From assembly GCA_030611085.1 (NCBI GenBank), contig JAUWQI010000004.1, positions 1,731 to 65,730 on the forward strand: DNA of 64,000 nucleotides, in the 5' to 3' direction. Of this stretch, positions 53,771 to 62,816 are shown in pieces (the first letter of the stretch is position 1; every line of letters starts with the position of its first letter). Source of the stretch: Dehalococcoidia bacterium. GTDB taxonomy: Bacteria > Chloroflexota > Dehalococcoidia > GIF9 > AB-539-J10. Made by a program: the position numbers and the translations under genes. The notes under the pieces were generated by a model. The model worked only from the letters and a program-made list of their open reading frames with translations. It did not search any database and was not told the origin of the DNA.

Positions 53771-54072
53771 TTTCCCTCCTTTTCTTCAGTTTTCTTAGCC
53801 ACCCATAACTTCAATCCTTCTACTTTAGTTATAACCACCTCCTCTCCAGGTGCTACTGTATCATTTCCTGCAATGGCTGTCCATAACTCGCCTTCAGCTA
53901 AAACTGTGCCTTTGGGATTGAGTGTCGTTTGTGCTACAGCTTCCTTCCCTATCATGTCCTCGGTGCCAGTAGTGAGTTTTCGCCCTTGAGCTTTAACAAT
54001 CGCATAAATGACAAAGATAACAAAAGCAACGGCAAAAACTATAGCTATGATAATCGGGCCTGTTATTTCCAT
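53767..54072 (-). CDS. NfeD-like short protein (TM + OB-fold)
   Basis: 101 aa. GKEAVAQTTLNPKGTVLAEGELWTA...VVITKVEGLKLWV. Paralog of the C-terminus of 54092-55411. Confidence 0.7.
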   Translation of the reverse strand: MEITGPIIIAIVFAVAFVIFVIYAIVKAQGRKLTTGTEDMIGKEAVAQTTLNPKGTVLAEGELWTAIAGNDTVAPGEEVVITKVEGLKLWVAKKTEEKEGK

Positions 54073-54091
54073 GTGTAGTAAGCCCCCTTTC

Positions 54092-55411
54092 CTATTTTTT
54101 CGATTTTCTTGTCACCCATAATTTCAACTCCTCTACTTTGCTTATTATCACCTCCTCACCTCTTTCTATTCTATCCTTTTCCGTTGTGGCTGTCCATAGT
54201 TCACCTTGGGCAAGAACTGTGCCTGTAGGGTCCAGGGGTGTTTTGGCTATGGCTACTTCCCCTATCATACCTTCAGCCCCTGTGGCCTTGCGCCGTTTTT
54301 GTCCTCTAACGATAGCGCCGATGACAAAGACAGCAAAGGCAGTGATAGCCACTGTTACCCCGGCAATCAACCCACGATTGACCTCTATTCCCGGGCTGTG
54401 GCTGAACAAGATTAGCGAGCCTATGACCAGCGAGACTACACCTCCGGCAGTCAATAATCCGAAGCTTGTAGTAAAATACTCGGCGATAAAAAGTCCCATA
54501 GCAAGCAAAATGAGCGCTATGCCTCCCCAGTAAGCATTAAGCACACCTAAAGAGTAAAACGCCATGAATAAACTGATGCCACCTACCACTCCAGGGAAAA
54601 CCATTCCCGGGTTGGAAACTTCGGTGATTATCCCTATTGTAGCCAGGGTAAACAGGATGTAGGCAATATTGGGGTCACTGAGGACTTGCAAGAACTTCTC
54701 AATGGCGTTCATTTCATTTCTAGTTGGCTCATTGTAACCCGTGGTATTAATAGTAACTTCCGCGCCATTGGCTAAAGTAACTTCCCAACCATTGATTTGG
54801 GAGATAAGGCTTTCCAAATTATCAGCCCGCAGGTCAATAAGGTTATACTCCAGCGCCTCAGTATCCCTAAATGATTTGCTTTCCGTCACTGCCAAGCTTG
54901 CTTCTTCTATATTGCGACCACGCTCCTCAGCAATAGTTTCCATCCACTTAGCTGAGAACTCGGTAATCTTTTTCATCTGGTCTTCTGGTATTTCCTGCCC
55001 TCCACCACTTACGGGATGGGCAGCGCCAATAGTAGTGCCCGGCGTCATAGCAGCTATATGGGCGGATAAAGTGATGAAGGTTCCTGCTGAGGCAGCCCAA
55101 GCGCCTTTAGGGGAGACGTAAACTACAATAGGCACTTTGGCATTCATAATTCTTTGGACTATCTTCTCAGTTGAGGTGAGCAGCCCTCCCGGTGTGTTTA
55201 GCTCGATAACGCAGGCAGTAGCATTCTCTCTTTCGGCATGGCTGATGCCCCGATCGATATAATCAGCCACAACAGGCACGATAGTGCCTTCTACATGGAG
55301 GACTTCAACAATGGGGGGATTGGAGGCGCTGAGTATGCTGCCTCCCAAAATCCCGACTATTGGGAGCGCAAACAAAGCAAGGGAGAAAATCCTAAACAAA
55401 GTCCTACGCAT
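54092..55411 (-). CDS. NfeD-family membrane-bound ClpP-class serine protease
   Basis: 439 aa. TPGGLLTSTEKIV and AASAGTFI (ClpP-like), 4-5 TM helices and a C-terminal OB-fold. Confidence 0.8.
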   Translation of the reverse strand: MRRTLFRIFSLALFALPIVGILGGSILSASNPPIVEVLHVEGTIVPVVADYIDRGISHAERENATACVIELNTPGGLLTSTEKIVQRIMNAKVPIVVYVSPKGAWAASAGTFITLSAHIAAMTPGTTIGAAHPVSGGGQEIPEDQMKKITEFSAKWMETIAEERGRNIEEASLAVTESKSFRDTEALEYNLIDLRADNLESLISQINGWEVTLANGAEVTINTTGYNEPTRNEMNAIEKFLQVLSDPNIAYILFTLATIGIITEVSNPGMVFPGVVGGISLFMAFYSLGVLNAYWGGIALILLAMGLFIAEYFTTSFGLLTAGGVVSLVIGSLILFSHSPGIEVNRGLIAGVTVAITAFAVFVIGAIVRGQKRRKATGAEGMIGEVAIAKTPLDPTGTVLAQGELWTATTEKDRIERGEEVIISKVEELKLWVTRKSKK

Positions 55412-55512
55412 CTATCCTTAACCTCAAGGTAATTATAAACTAGGCAAGCAAAAGCAACAAATTTGGCTGCTATCTTTCGTTATTGAAGCTGTTTGGCAAC
55501 CCGACTGTAGAC

Positions 55513-55614
55513 GCTGAGCCCTTCGCCTTCTGTCATTTTGAGGAAGCCCTCCACTCCCCGTGTCATTCTGAGCGAAGCGAAGAATCTAGACCCTTCGCTA
55601 TCGCTCAGGGTGAC
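55513..55614. repeat. Family-B composite element (three units)
   Basis: gctgagcccttcgccttctgtcattttgaggaagccctccactccccgtgtcattctgagcgaagcgaagaatctagacccttcgctatcgctcagggtgac. Confidence 0.85.
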
Positions 55615-55671
55615 AAAGTAAACAATTTCGTTATTGAAGCTAGATGCGGCTTAGTGTAGAATAGGCTAAGG

Positions 55672-56916
55672 ATGAAAAGCCAAAAGTGTAAAGGAATGCA
55701 AGACCTACTTCCCAGGGATATGTTGAGATTCCGCCGTGTTGAAGATGCCTTTCGAGACTGTTGTTATGAATGGGGATATCAAGAGGTAAGAACGCCAACT
55801 TTAGAGTATCTCCATTTATTTACAGCTACAGGAACACTTACCCCGAGCAAGTTAGGCAGAGTATATTCCTTCCTTGATTGGGATGGCTGGAGTGGTGAGA
55901 GAGTAGTCTTACGCCCTGATGGCACTATTCCTGTAGCCAGGCTATATATTGATAATCTAGGTGAGCGTGAAGTAGCCAGGCTTTTCTATATAACTAACAT
56001 CTTTGCCTTTGAAGGAACGGGCAAGGAGAATAGGGAGCGATGGCAATGTGGTGCCGAATTTCTCGGTGGAGCTAAATTTACCGCTGATGTGGAGATAATT
56101 CTGTTGGCCAGGGAGATTATACGAAGACTTGAGCTTAATAGCGTTAAATTGCAATTGTCTCACGCTGGCTTGGTGAAGGCAATGATTAAAGAACTTAAGC
56201 TCAGCTCCAGTGAAGAAGCTAAGGTAACAAGTCGCGTTGTGGAAGGAGACTGGCAGGCATTAACAACCTCAAAATCAATTAACCCTGAGTTAGCTAGTCT
56301 TCTATCTCAGCTTCTGAGCCTCAAGGGAAAATCGAGTAGCTTTTTACAAAATATAAAAACTTTATCCCCAGAAGTTTCATCGGACTTCAGGTCTAATCTG
56401 GAGAATTTCATAGATACCACTGCATTGTTAGATAACCTGAGTTGTAATTATGAAATCGATATCACGGCGATACAGGGTTTTGAGTATTATACTGGAGTTT
56501 GTTTTCAGTTACTGACTGGTGGGAAAAAAGTGGGTGGTGGAGGAAGATACGATAACCTCGTGCCTCTTATGAGTGGAAGAGATACCCCAGCCTGTGGATT
56601 TGCTCTATATGCTGACTCCATAGCTAAAATTCTTCCATTAGAAGAGGAAAACAAGAGTGAACCTGAGATTTTAATCAGAGGTGAGGAGCTAACTCTGGAA
56701 ATAGCAAAAAGATGCTTCACCTTGGCTCAGTCGCTTCGTGGTGCTGGGCACACCACAGAGATTGGTCTTACTGGGCAAGGGAAATCCGATTATCGATGGA
56801 TTATTTCAGTTTCAGGAGGGGAGCCATCTCGGCTAGTACTCATTAATTGCAAGGAGGAGCGACAACGAGATGTAACTTCCATAGCAGAGGTTCTTGCTGT
56901 ATTAGGTGAAGGATGA
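55672..56916 (+). CDS. hisZ: ATP phosphoribosyltransferase regulatory subunit (HisRS paralog)
   Basis: GMQDLLPRD...VRTPTLEY...LRPDGTIPVAR (HisZ-type rather than the LRPEGT of HisS). It lies directly upstream of hisG. Confidence 0.75.
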   Translation: MKSQKCKGMQDLLPRDMLRFRRVEDAFRDCCYEWGYQEVRTPTLEYLHLFTATGTLTPSKLGRVYSFLDWDGWSGERVVLRPDGTIPVARLYIDNLGEREVARLFYITNIFAFEGTGKENRERWQCGAEFLGGAKFTADVEIILLAREIIRRLELNSVKLQLSHAGLVKAMIKELKLSSSEEAKVTSRVVEGDWQALTTSKSINPELASLLSQLLSLKGKSSSFLQNIKTLSPEVSSDFRSNLENFIDTTALLDNLSCNYEIDITAIQGFEYYTGVCFQLLTGGKKVGGGGRYDNLVPLMSGRDTPACGFALYADSIAKILPLEEENKSEPEILIRGEELTLEIAKRCFTLAQSLRGAGHTTEIGLTGQGKSDYRWIISVSGGEPSRLVLINCKEERQRDVTSIAEVLAVLGEG

Positions 56917-56968
56917 GAGATTGTTTTAACCCTTACCTCAATCCTCTCTCGTCAAGAAAGAGGAGAAA

Positions 56969-58510
56969 ATGAATAACAATATGGAAAATCAACCTGTCAA
57001 GCTTGCTTTGCCCAAAGGTAGGTTCCTATCTCCTACAGCCAATCTGCTTGGTGAGATAAACCTGGGCTTCGCTGGCTATAGCAGCAAAACAAGGCGCTAT
57101 CGCCTTCAGTCAGCAAGATTTCCCTATCTCTCAGCTAAGATATTTCAGGAAAAAGATGTTCCTATTCAGGTAGCTGTAGGGAATTATGACTTGGGTATTT
57201 GCGGTTCGGATTGGATTGAAGAAGTTGTGGTGAAGTATCCTGCAGGTGCTCTGGTAAAAATGGCAGGTCTAAACTATGGTGAGGGCAGTATATATGTGGT
57301 AGCTAGCACTCAGGCGGGATTCTCTAATCTTGATGAATTATTAGCCAGGCAAAATGATTGGCGCATAGTAAGCGAGTATCCTAATTTGGCTGAAGCTTTC
57401 GCCTTAAAAAATAGAGTGAGAAGGTTCAGGATTTTCCCAGTATGGGGAGCTGCTGAAGTTTATCCCCCAGAGAGTGCCGACCTAGCTATATTGCAGGGAA
57501 AGAATGAAAGTGACCTGAAGGCTCAAGGCGTGCTCCCTTTAATGAGATTGTTTAAGGTGACTGCTTTTCTCATCGCCAATCGAGAAAGCTTAGGGAGTAA
57601 AAATCTGAGTCAAATATTGACTTGCTTAAGCAATGTCAGCTCAAGCCAAAGTAACATCACTGTGAGACAGGATAATTTCATTGCCGTGAGCCAAAGCCCT
57701 GAGCCCTTCGCCTCCTGTTATTTTGAGCGAAACGAAGAATCTCGTGGCGCTCAGGATAAACTCCGTGAAGGGGAAGCAAAGCAATCTCCCAGCAAAAGGG
57801 AAGTGACAGCGCAGCTAGCCTGGCAGTCGAAGGAAATTAAACTGGCTCTGCCTGATGGACACCAGTCTCCCCCCACTTCGCAATTTTTGAAACGAACTGG
57901 GCTTAGTCCCCTGGGATATTCTGGCAAGGCACTGAATCGCCGCCCCTCTATCAATTTAGATTGGGTTGGCATTAAGGTAATCAGACCTCAGGATATGCCT
58001 CTTCAAGTGGCCAATGGCAATTTTGATTTAGCTGTGACTGGTGAGGATTGGTTGCTGGAACATCTCTATCGTTTTCCCTCAAGTCCGGTGGCAAAGCTGC
58101 TAGACCTTGGCTTTGGCAGGGTAAAAATCGTAGCTGCAGTGAGCCGAGATATGCCCGTGGCTAATATCGCGGAACTCAGGTCGCTCGTTCAAAGTGGCGA
58201 GTTTGCTCCTTTCAGGGTCGCTTCGGAGTACATAAATATCGCCGACAAATATCTTCGAGACAACTACATTAGCCCATACAAGCTAATACCAACCTGGGGA
58301 GCAAGTGAGGCTTTCCTGCCTGAAGACGCTGATTTACTTATAGATAATACTCAAACCGGAAGGACATTGGCACAACACGGACTGAAGGTTATCGATGTGC
58401 TTTTCCAGTCCACAGCCTGCCTAATTGGCAACAAAGATAGCCTTGACTCCCGTGGTAAAAAGGAGAAGATTGAGTCCCTTATTCGGATATTTCAATCGGG
58501 GTTATTATGA
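56969..58510 (+). CDS. hisG: ATP phosphoribosyltransferase, single ORF with two tandem short-HisG-like halves
   Basis: Half 1: VKLALPKGRF...VAVGNYDLGICGSDW. Half 2: IKLALPDGHQ...VANGNFDLAVTGEDW...DLLIDNTQTGRTLAQHGL. The linker is repeat-derived. Confidence 0.75.
   Translation: MNNNMENQPVKLALPKGRFLSPTANLLGEINLGFAGYSSKTRRYRLQSARFPYLSAKIFQEKDVPIQVAVGNYDLGICGSDWIEEVVVKYPAGALVKMAGLNYGEGSIYVVASTQAGFSNLDELLARQNDWRIVSEYPNLAEAFALKNRVRRFRIFPVWGAAEVYPPESADLAILQGKNESDLKAQGVLPLMRLFKVTAFLIANRESLGSKNLSQILTCLSNVSSSQSNITVRQDNFIAVSQSPEPFASCYFERNEESRGAQDKLREGEAKQSPSKREVTAQLAWQSKEIKLALPDGHQSPPTSQFLKRTGLSPLGYSGKALNRRPSINLDWVGIKVIRPQDMPLQVANGNFDLAVTGEDWLLEHLYRFPSSPVAKLLDLGFGRVKIVAAVSRDMPVANIAELRSLVQSGEFAPFRVASEYINIADKYLRDNYISPYKLIPTWGASEAFLPEDADLLIDNTQTGRTLAQHGLKVIDVLFQSTACLIGNKDSLDSRGKKEKIESLIRIFQSGLL
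57679..57788. repeat. Family-B composite sequence embedded in frame as linker of the HisG didomain ORF
   Basis: cattgccgtgagccaaagccctgagcccttcgcctcctgttattttgagcgaaacgaagaatctcgtggcgctcaggataaactccgtgaaggggaagcaaagcaatctc. Confidence 0.75.
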
Positions 58511-59856
58511 TAAAAGTCAAAGGATTTGCTAAGGCAAAACAACTGTTGACCAGGAAAGATCTCCTGGAATCTTTCGCTGCCTCGCCACAAATAGCAACAC
58601 AAATAAAGCAAACTTTCGGGAAGGAGCTTTCTCTTCAGCAAGTAGTTGACCTTATCATAAACGAAGTTCGTAACAAAGGCGATAAGGCTCTTTTTGATTA
58701 CACTAAGAAACTGGATGGCGCCGAACTTGATTCCCTCGAAGTAAGCAGGCAGGAGGTTACCGCAGCCTACGACGAAGTGGACAAGAAGCTCATTCCGGCA
58801 CTTGAACTAGCAGCTGAAAGAATACGAAGTTTCCATCTTGCTTGTGGACATAAGGCTGGCGTAATTCCCATTGACAGGTATTTAGGACAACAGATTTGCC
58901 CCTTAAATAGGGTAGGTCTATATGTCCCCGGTGGCACTGCTGCTTATCCCTCTACAGTGTTGATGATGGCTATACCGGCTAAGGTAGCGGGTGTGAAAGA
59001 AATCATTATGGTTTCACCACCAGGAAAAGATGGTAATATCCCTGCACCTACATTAGTAGCTGCTGGCATCGCTGAGGTCAACCATATTTTCAAAGTTGGT
59101 GGTGCTCAGGCGATTGCTGCTTTAGCTTTTGGCACTGAGTCAATACCCAAAGTGGATAAAATTTGTGGCCCAGGCAACATTTTTGTGACATTGGCTAAGA
59201 AGATGGTTTATGGCACAGTAGCTATTGACGGTCTTGAAGGGCCAAGCGAGTTAGTGCTCGTAGCCGATGAGGCCGCTGACACTGTCCTTTGCGCCGCTGA
59301 CCTTTTAGCTCAAGCTGAGCATGACCCCCTGGCTTCGGTGATTTTAATTACTACCTCATCTGAATTAGCTAATCGTGTGGATAGGGAAATTGAGATACAA
59401 CTAAGAAAATTGAAGCGCCGTTCCATTGCTAGACAAGCTATTGATAGGGGAATAGCTGTAAGTGTCCATGGCATTGATGAAGCAATCGAATTGGTTAACC
59501 TTTTTGCCCCAGAGCATCTTTCCCTTATGGTATCTGATGCCTCTTCCCTGGTTTCCCGAATTCATAATGCTGGCTGTATTTTCGTTGGTGAAAATTCGCC
59601 TGTGGTTTTGGGGGATTATGTTGCTGGTCCCAGTCATGTATTGCCCACAGGCGGCAGTGCCCGTTTTAGCTCTCCCCTGGGTGTAGCGGATTTCTTAAAA
59701 GTCAGTAACATTGTTGCTTTGGATAAGGCTACTATGCAAGAGCTAAGCCAGTCAGCTATAGTGATAGCCGAGGCTGAAGGGTTGGACGCCCACGCTCAGG
59801 CAGTGGCTCTCCGTGTCATTGCAAGCAAAGCGAAGCAATCTCAACCATTTTCATAA
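58507..59856 (+). CDS. hisD: histidinol dehydrogenase
   Basis: VPGGTAAYPSTVLM, GPGNIFV, QAEHDP and the GDY..G.SHVLPT motifs. Confidence 0.9.
   Translation: MIKVKGFAKAKQLLTRKDLLESFAASPQIATQIKQTFGKELSLQQVVDLIINEVRNKGDKALFDYTKKLDGAELDSLEVSRQEVTAAYDEVDKKLIPALELAAERIRSFHLACGHKAGVIPIDRYLGQQICPLNRVGLYVPGGTAAYPSTVLMMAIPAKVAGVKEIIMVSPPGKDGNIPAPTLVAAGIAEVNHIFKVGGAQAIAALAFGTESIPKVDKICGPGNIFVTLAKKMVYGTVAIDGLEGPSELVLVADEAADTVLCAADLLAQAEHDPLASVILITTSSELANRVDREIEIQLRKLKRRSIARQAIDRGIAVSVHGIDEAIELVNLFAPEHLSLMVSDASSLVSRIHNAGCIFVGENSPVVLGDYVAGPSHVLPTGGSARFSSPLGVADFLKVSNIVALDKATMQELSQSAIVIAEAEGLDAHAQAVALRVIASKAKQSQPFS
59815..59842. repeat. Family-B unit forming the C-terminal tail of hisD
   Basis: gtcattgcaagcaaagcgaagcaatctc, translated as ..VIASKAKQSQ.. 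just before the stop. Confidence 0.7.
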
Positions 59857-59985
59857 AAAGGACGAGAGCTAAATAAAGGATTAGAAGGCAAAAATACAGA
59901 GCAAAAACTATGATAAATCCTGAGCACGAAATACGAAATCCTATTTGTTTAGGATTTAGAGTTTAGATATTAGGATTTCATAAAA

Positions 59986-61221
59986 ATGGACATAGAAAAG
60001 CTAATAAGGCCTGAACTAGCAGCTATGGGGGGTTATACTCCTATTGAGCCAATAGAGATTTTGGAACAGCGGGCTGAGAGAAAAATAATAAAGCTTGACG
60101 GCAATGAAAATCCTTATGGTTGCTCCCCCAATGTCTATCAGTCTCTAGCTAGTTACCCTTACTATCATATTTACCCTGACCCGGAACAAAGGGAGTTGAG
60201 GCAAGCTCTGGAGAAATACACCGGCTTAGACTCTCGGCACATCGTTTGTGGCAGCGGCAGTGACGAATTGATTGACCTTATTCTGAGGCTCTTTCTTAGG
60301 CCTGGGGATGAGGTTATCAATTGTTCACCGACATTCGGCATGTATCCCTTTAATACTGAGCTTTGTGGAGGCAGAGTGGTTGATGTACCCAGAGATGAGA
60401 ATTTTGCCATTGATATAGCTGGTATTAAAAAAACGCTGAATGAAAAAACAAAGGTCATTTTTGTCGCCTCACCTAACAATCCTACAGGCAATACCATTAC
60501 TGAGCAGGAAGTTATGAAGCTTGTTGATACTGGAAGAATCGTGGTGGTAGATGAGGCTTACTTTGAGTTTAGCGGTGTAACTATGGCTAACTTGGTGCCT
60601 AACTACCCCAACCTGATAGTGCTGCGCACCTTTAGTAAATGGGCGGGGCTGGCTGGCTTAAGAATAGGCTATGGCTTTTTCCCTGTTGAAATTGCTGGCT
60701 ATCTAATGAAAATTAAGCCACCATATAATATCAATGTAGCAGCGCAAGCAGCCGTGCTAGCTTCTCTGGCGGATATAGATTATCTTCGTGACAATGTGGC
60801 AAAGATAGTTGATGAACGAGAAAGGTTATTTGCTAAGCTAAATGTCGTTGCGGTGAGCCGAAGCCCTGAGCCAAAGTTGCGAGCCGAAGGTGTGGCAATC
60901 AGTGAAGGGGAAGCGAAGCAATCTCATTGGCTAAAGCCCTACTCCTCCAGTGCCAATTTTATTCTTTGCTCCTTGCGCTGTCACTCTGAGCCCTTCACTC
61001 CTTGTCATTCTGAGGGAGCGAAACGACCGAAGAATCTCGCTCAGGATAAACTCCACGAAGAATCTTATGCCAGAGAAATCTGGCGACAGTTACAAAAAAA
61101 AGGTATTTTTGTTCGTTACTTTGATACTCCAAGATTAAAAGATTGTCTGCGAATGAGCGTGGGCAAGCCTGAAGATACCGATGCCTTAATTGAGGCTTTG
61201 AAGGAGGTTAAACATGTTTGA
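59986..61221 (+). CDS. hisC: histidinol-phosphate aminotransferase (with two repeat-derived insertions)
   Basis: LDGNENPYG, ASPNNPTG, RTFSKWAGLAGLRIGY (PLP Lys), SSANFIL and LRMSVG. Confidence 0.85.
   Translation: MDIEKLIRPELAAMGGYTPIEPIEILEQRAERKIIKLDGNENPYGCSPNVYQSLASYPYYHIYPDPEQRELRQALEKYTGLDSRHIVCGSGSDELIDLILRLFLRPGDEVINCSPTFGMYPFNTELCGGRVVDVPRDENFAIDIAGIKKTLNEKTKVIFVASPNNPTGNTITEQEVMKLVDTGRIVVVDEAYFEFSGVTMANLVPNYPNLIVLRTFSKWAGLAGLRIGYGFFPVEIAGYLMKIKPPYNINVAAQAAVLASLADIDYLRDNVAKIVDERERLFAKLNVVAVSRSPEPKLRAEGVAISEGEAKQSHWLKPYSSSANFILCSLRCHSEPFTPCHSEGAKRPKNLAQDKLHEESYAREIWRQLQKKGIFVRYFDTPRLKDCLRMSVGKPEDTDALIEALKEVKHV
60844..60925. repeat. Family-B composite insertion 1 inside hisC (in frame)
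   Basis: gtcgttgcggtgagccgaagccctgagccaaagttgcgagccgaaggtgtggcaatcagtgaaggggaagcgaagcaatctc. Confidence 0.75.
60980..61064. repeat. Family-B composite insertion 2 inside hisC (in frame)
   Basis: gtcactctgagcccttcactccttgtcattctgagggagcgaaacgaccgaagaatctcgctcaggataaactccacgaagaatc. Confidence 0.75.
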
Positions 61222-61804
61222 AAGAAAAGCGAAAGTAACTCGTGAAACTGCGGAAACAAGTATTAAAGTGGAACTAAACATCGATGGCAGTGGGCAATTT
61301 GAAATTGCTACTGGAATAAGAATGTTCGACCACTTTCTCACTCATCTAGCGCAGCATGGAGCATTTGACATAACGCTCTCAGCTACAGGCGCTGACCAGC
61401 ATCATGTAGTTGAGGATGTAGCTATTTCCTTAGGTAGGGCTTTCAGCCAGGCGTTAGGAAAAAAACTAGGCATTACTCGAATGGCACATGCTGTCGTGCC
61501 TATGGATGAAGCGTTAGCAGCAGTAGTGATAGATATAGGGGGAAGGGGTTATAGTGTAATAGAGGCATCCTTTACCAGGGCTAACATAGGTGACTTATGT
61601 GCTGATTTAGTTCGCCACTTCTTAGCTTCCTTCGCCTCTGAAGCCAAAATCAACCTTCACGCCAAAGTAATCACTGGCGAAAATGACCACCACAAGGCTG
61701 AAGCTTTATTCAAAGCCTTAGGTCGAGCGTTGGATTCCGCCACCCGCATTGACGAGCGAATTGTGGGGCGAATTCCCAGCACCAAAGAGGTTATCGAGGG
61801 ATAG
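61214..61804 (+). CDS. hisB: imidazoleglycerol-phosphate dehydratase
   Basis: RETAETSI, FDHFL, DQHHVVED, HAKVITGENDHHKAEALFKALGRAL. Confidence 0.9.
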   Translation: MFERKAKVTRETAETSIKVELNIDGSGQFEIATGIRMFDHFLTHLAQHGAFDITLSATGADQHHVVEDVAISLGRAFSQALGKKLGITRMAHAVVPMDEALAAVVIDIGGRGYSVIEASFTRANIGDLCADLVRHFLASFASEAKINLHAKVITGENDHHKAEALFKALGRALDSATRIDERIVGRIPSTKEVIEG

Positions 61805-61871
61805 AAGGATACATGAGTAATTGGGAAAGCTTTTCCGAGAAACTCTTGAAGGTTCTGCGTATTAACAAGCT

Positions 61872-61946
61872 TGGCTCCCCGGGCAGGATTCGAACCTGCA
61901 ACCAAGCGGTTAACAGCCGCCTACTCTACCATTGAGCTACCGGGGA
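61872..61946 (-). tRNA. tRNA-Asn (GTT)
   Basis: Hand-folded cloverleaf: TCCCCGG/CCGGGGA acceptor, anticodon loop CTGTTAA, TTCGAAT T-loop, CCA encoded. Confidence 0.85.
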
Positions 61947-61957
61947 ATATCCTTATT

Positions 61958-62031
61958 TGGCTGCCGAGCCTGGATTCGAACCAGGGCTTAAGGATCCAAA
62001 GTCCTCCGTGCTACCACTACACAACTCGGCA
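61958..62031 (-). tRNA. tRNA-Gln (TTG)
   Basis: Hand-folded: TGCCGAG/CTCGGCA acceptor (U1-A72), anticodon loop CTTTGGA, TTCGAAT T-loop, CCA encoded. Confidence 0.85.
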
Positions 62032-62044
62032 CAATCCAATTTCG

Positions 62045-62129
62045 TGCCGAAGGTCGGACTCGAACCGACACGAGAGTCGCCCCCCAACAGTTTTTGAGAC
62101 TGCCGCGTCTACCATTCCGCCACTCCGGC
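62045..62129 (-). tRNA. tRNA-Leu (CAA)
   Basis: Hand-folded: GCCGGAG acceptor, anticodon loop CTCAAAA, long variable arm, TTCGAGT T-loop, no encoded CCA. Confidence 0.8.
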
Positions 62130-62139
62130 ATTTAAAAAG

Positions 62140-62211
<72 letters not shown>

Positions 62212-62253
62212 CCGCAGGTATTCTAGGTTTTATTTCCTTCAGTGTCAAGCAGG

Positions 62254-62805
62254 CTAGCTTTGCCCACCAAGCCTGACTAAAGGGATATGAGCAATACAGA
62301 GAGGACATTCTTCAGATGGATAAGTTATAGTTGGAGCATGAAGGCAGCTAAAGAAAGGCACACCAAAATCTATTTCTTGCTGGCTACGGTCGACGAGCAC
62401 TCCAATGCCTACAATAATTCCGCCAAACCTGTCTACAGCACTCATCGTCTCTCTAATCGAGCTACCTGTGGTCAGGATGTCATCAACAATAAGGACATGT
62501 TCTCCAGCTATAATATCAAAGTCCCGTCGGAAGACTCTTTTTTCCCCTTCTTTCTCAGCGAAGATACTCCTCACCCCCAATTGACGAGCAGTTTCGAAGG
62601 CGAGGATGATGCCTCCAGTAGTTGGTCCAGCAACTACCTCTATTTTTTGATTTTTGAAGTGTTGGGCAATAAGGCGACACAGTTTCTCAGTATAATGGGG
62701 GTATTGCAAGACACGAAACTTCTCCCAGTAAACAGGTGAATGTAATCCCGAAGCGAGGCGGAAATGGCCCTCCTTTATCGCTCCAGCCGCTTTGAATATC
62801 TCCAT
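62254..62805 (-). CDS. pyrE: orotate phosphoribosyltransferase
   Basis: GHFRLASGLHSPVY and VLIVDDILTTGSS PRPP loop. Start at MEIFKAAGAIKEG. Confidence 0.85.
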   Translation of the reverse strand: MEIFKAAGAIKEGHFRLASGLHSPVYWEKFRVLQYPHYTEKLCRLIAQHFKNQKIEVVAGPTTGGIILAFETARQLGVRSIFAEKEGEKRVFRRDFDIIAGEHVLIVDDILTTGSSIRETMSAVDRFGGIIVGIGVLVDRSQQEIDFGVPFFSCLHAPTITYPSEECPLCIAHIPLVRLGGQS

Positions 62806-62816
62806 TATCTCATCGT

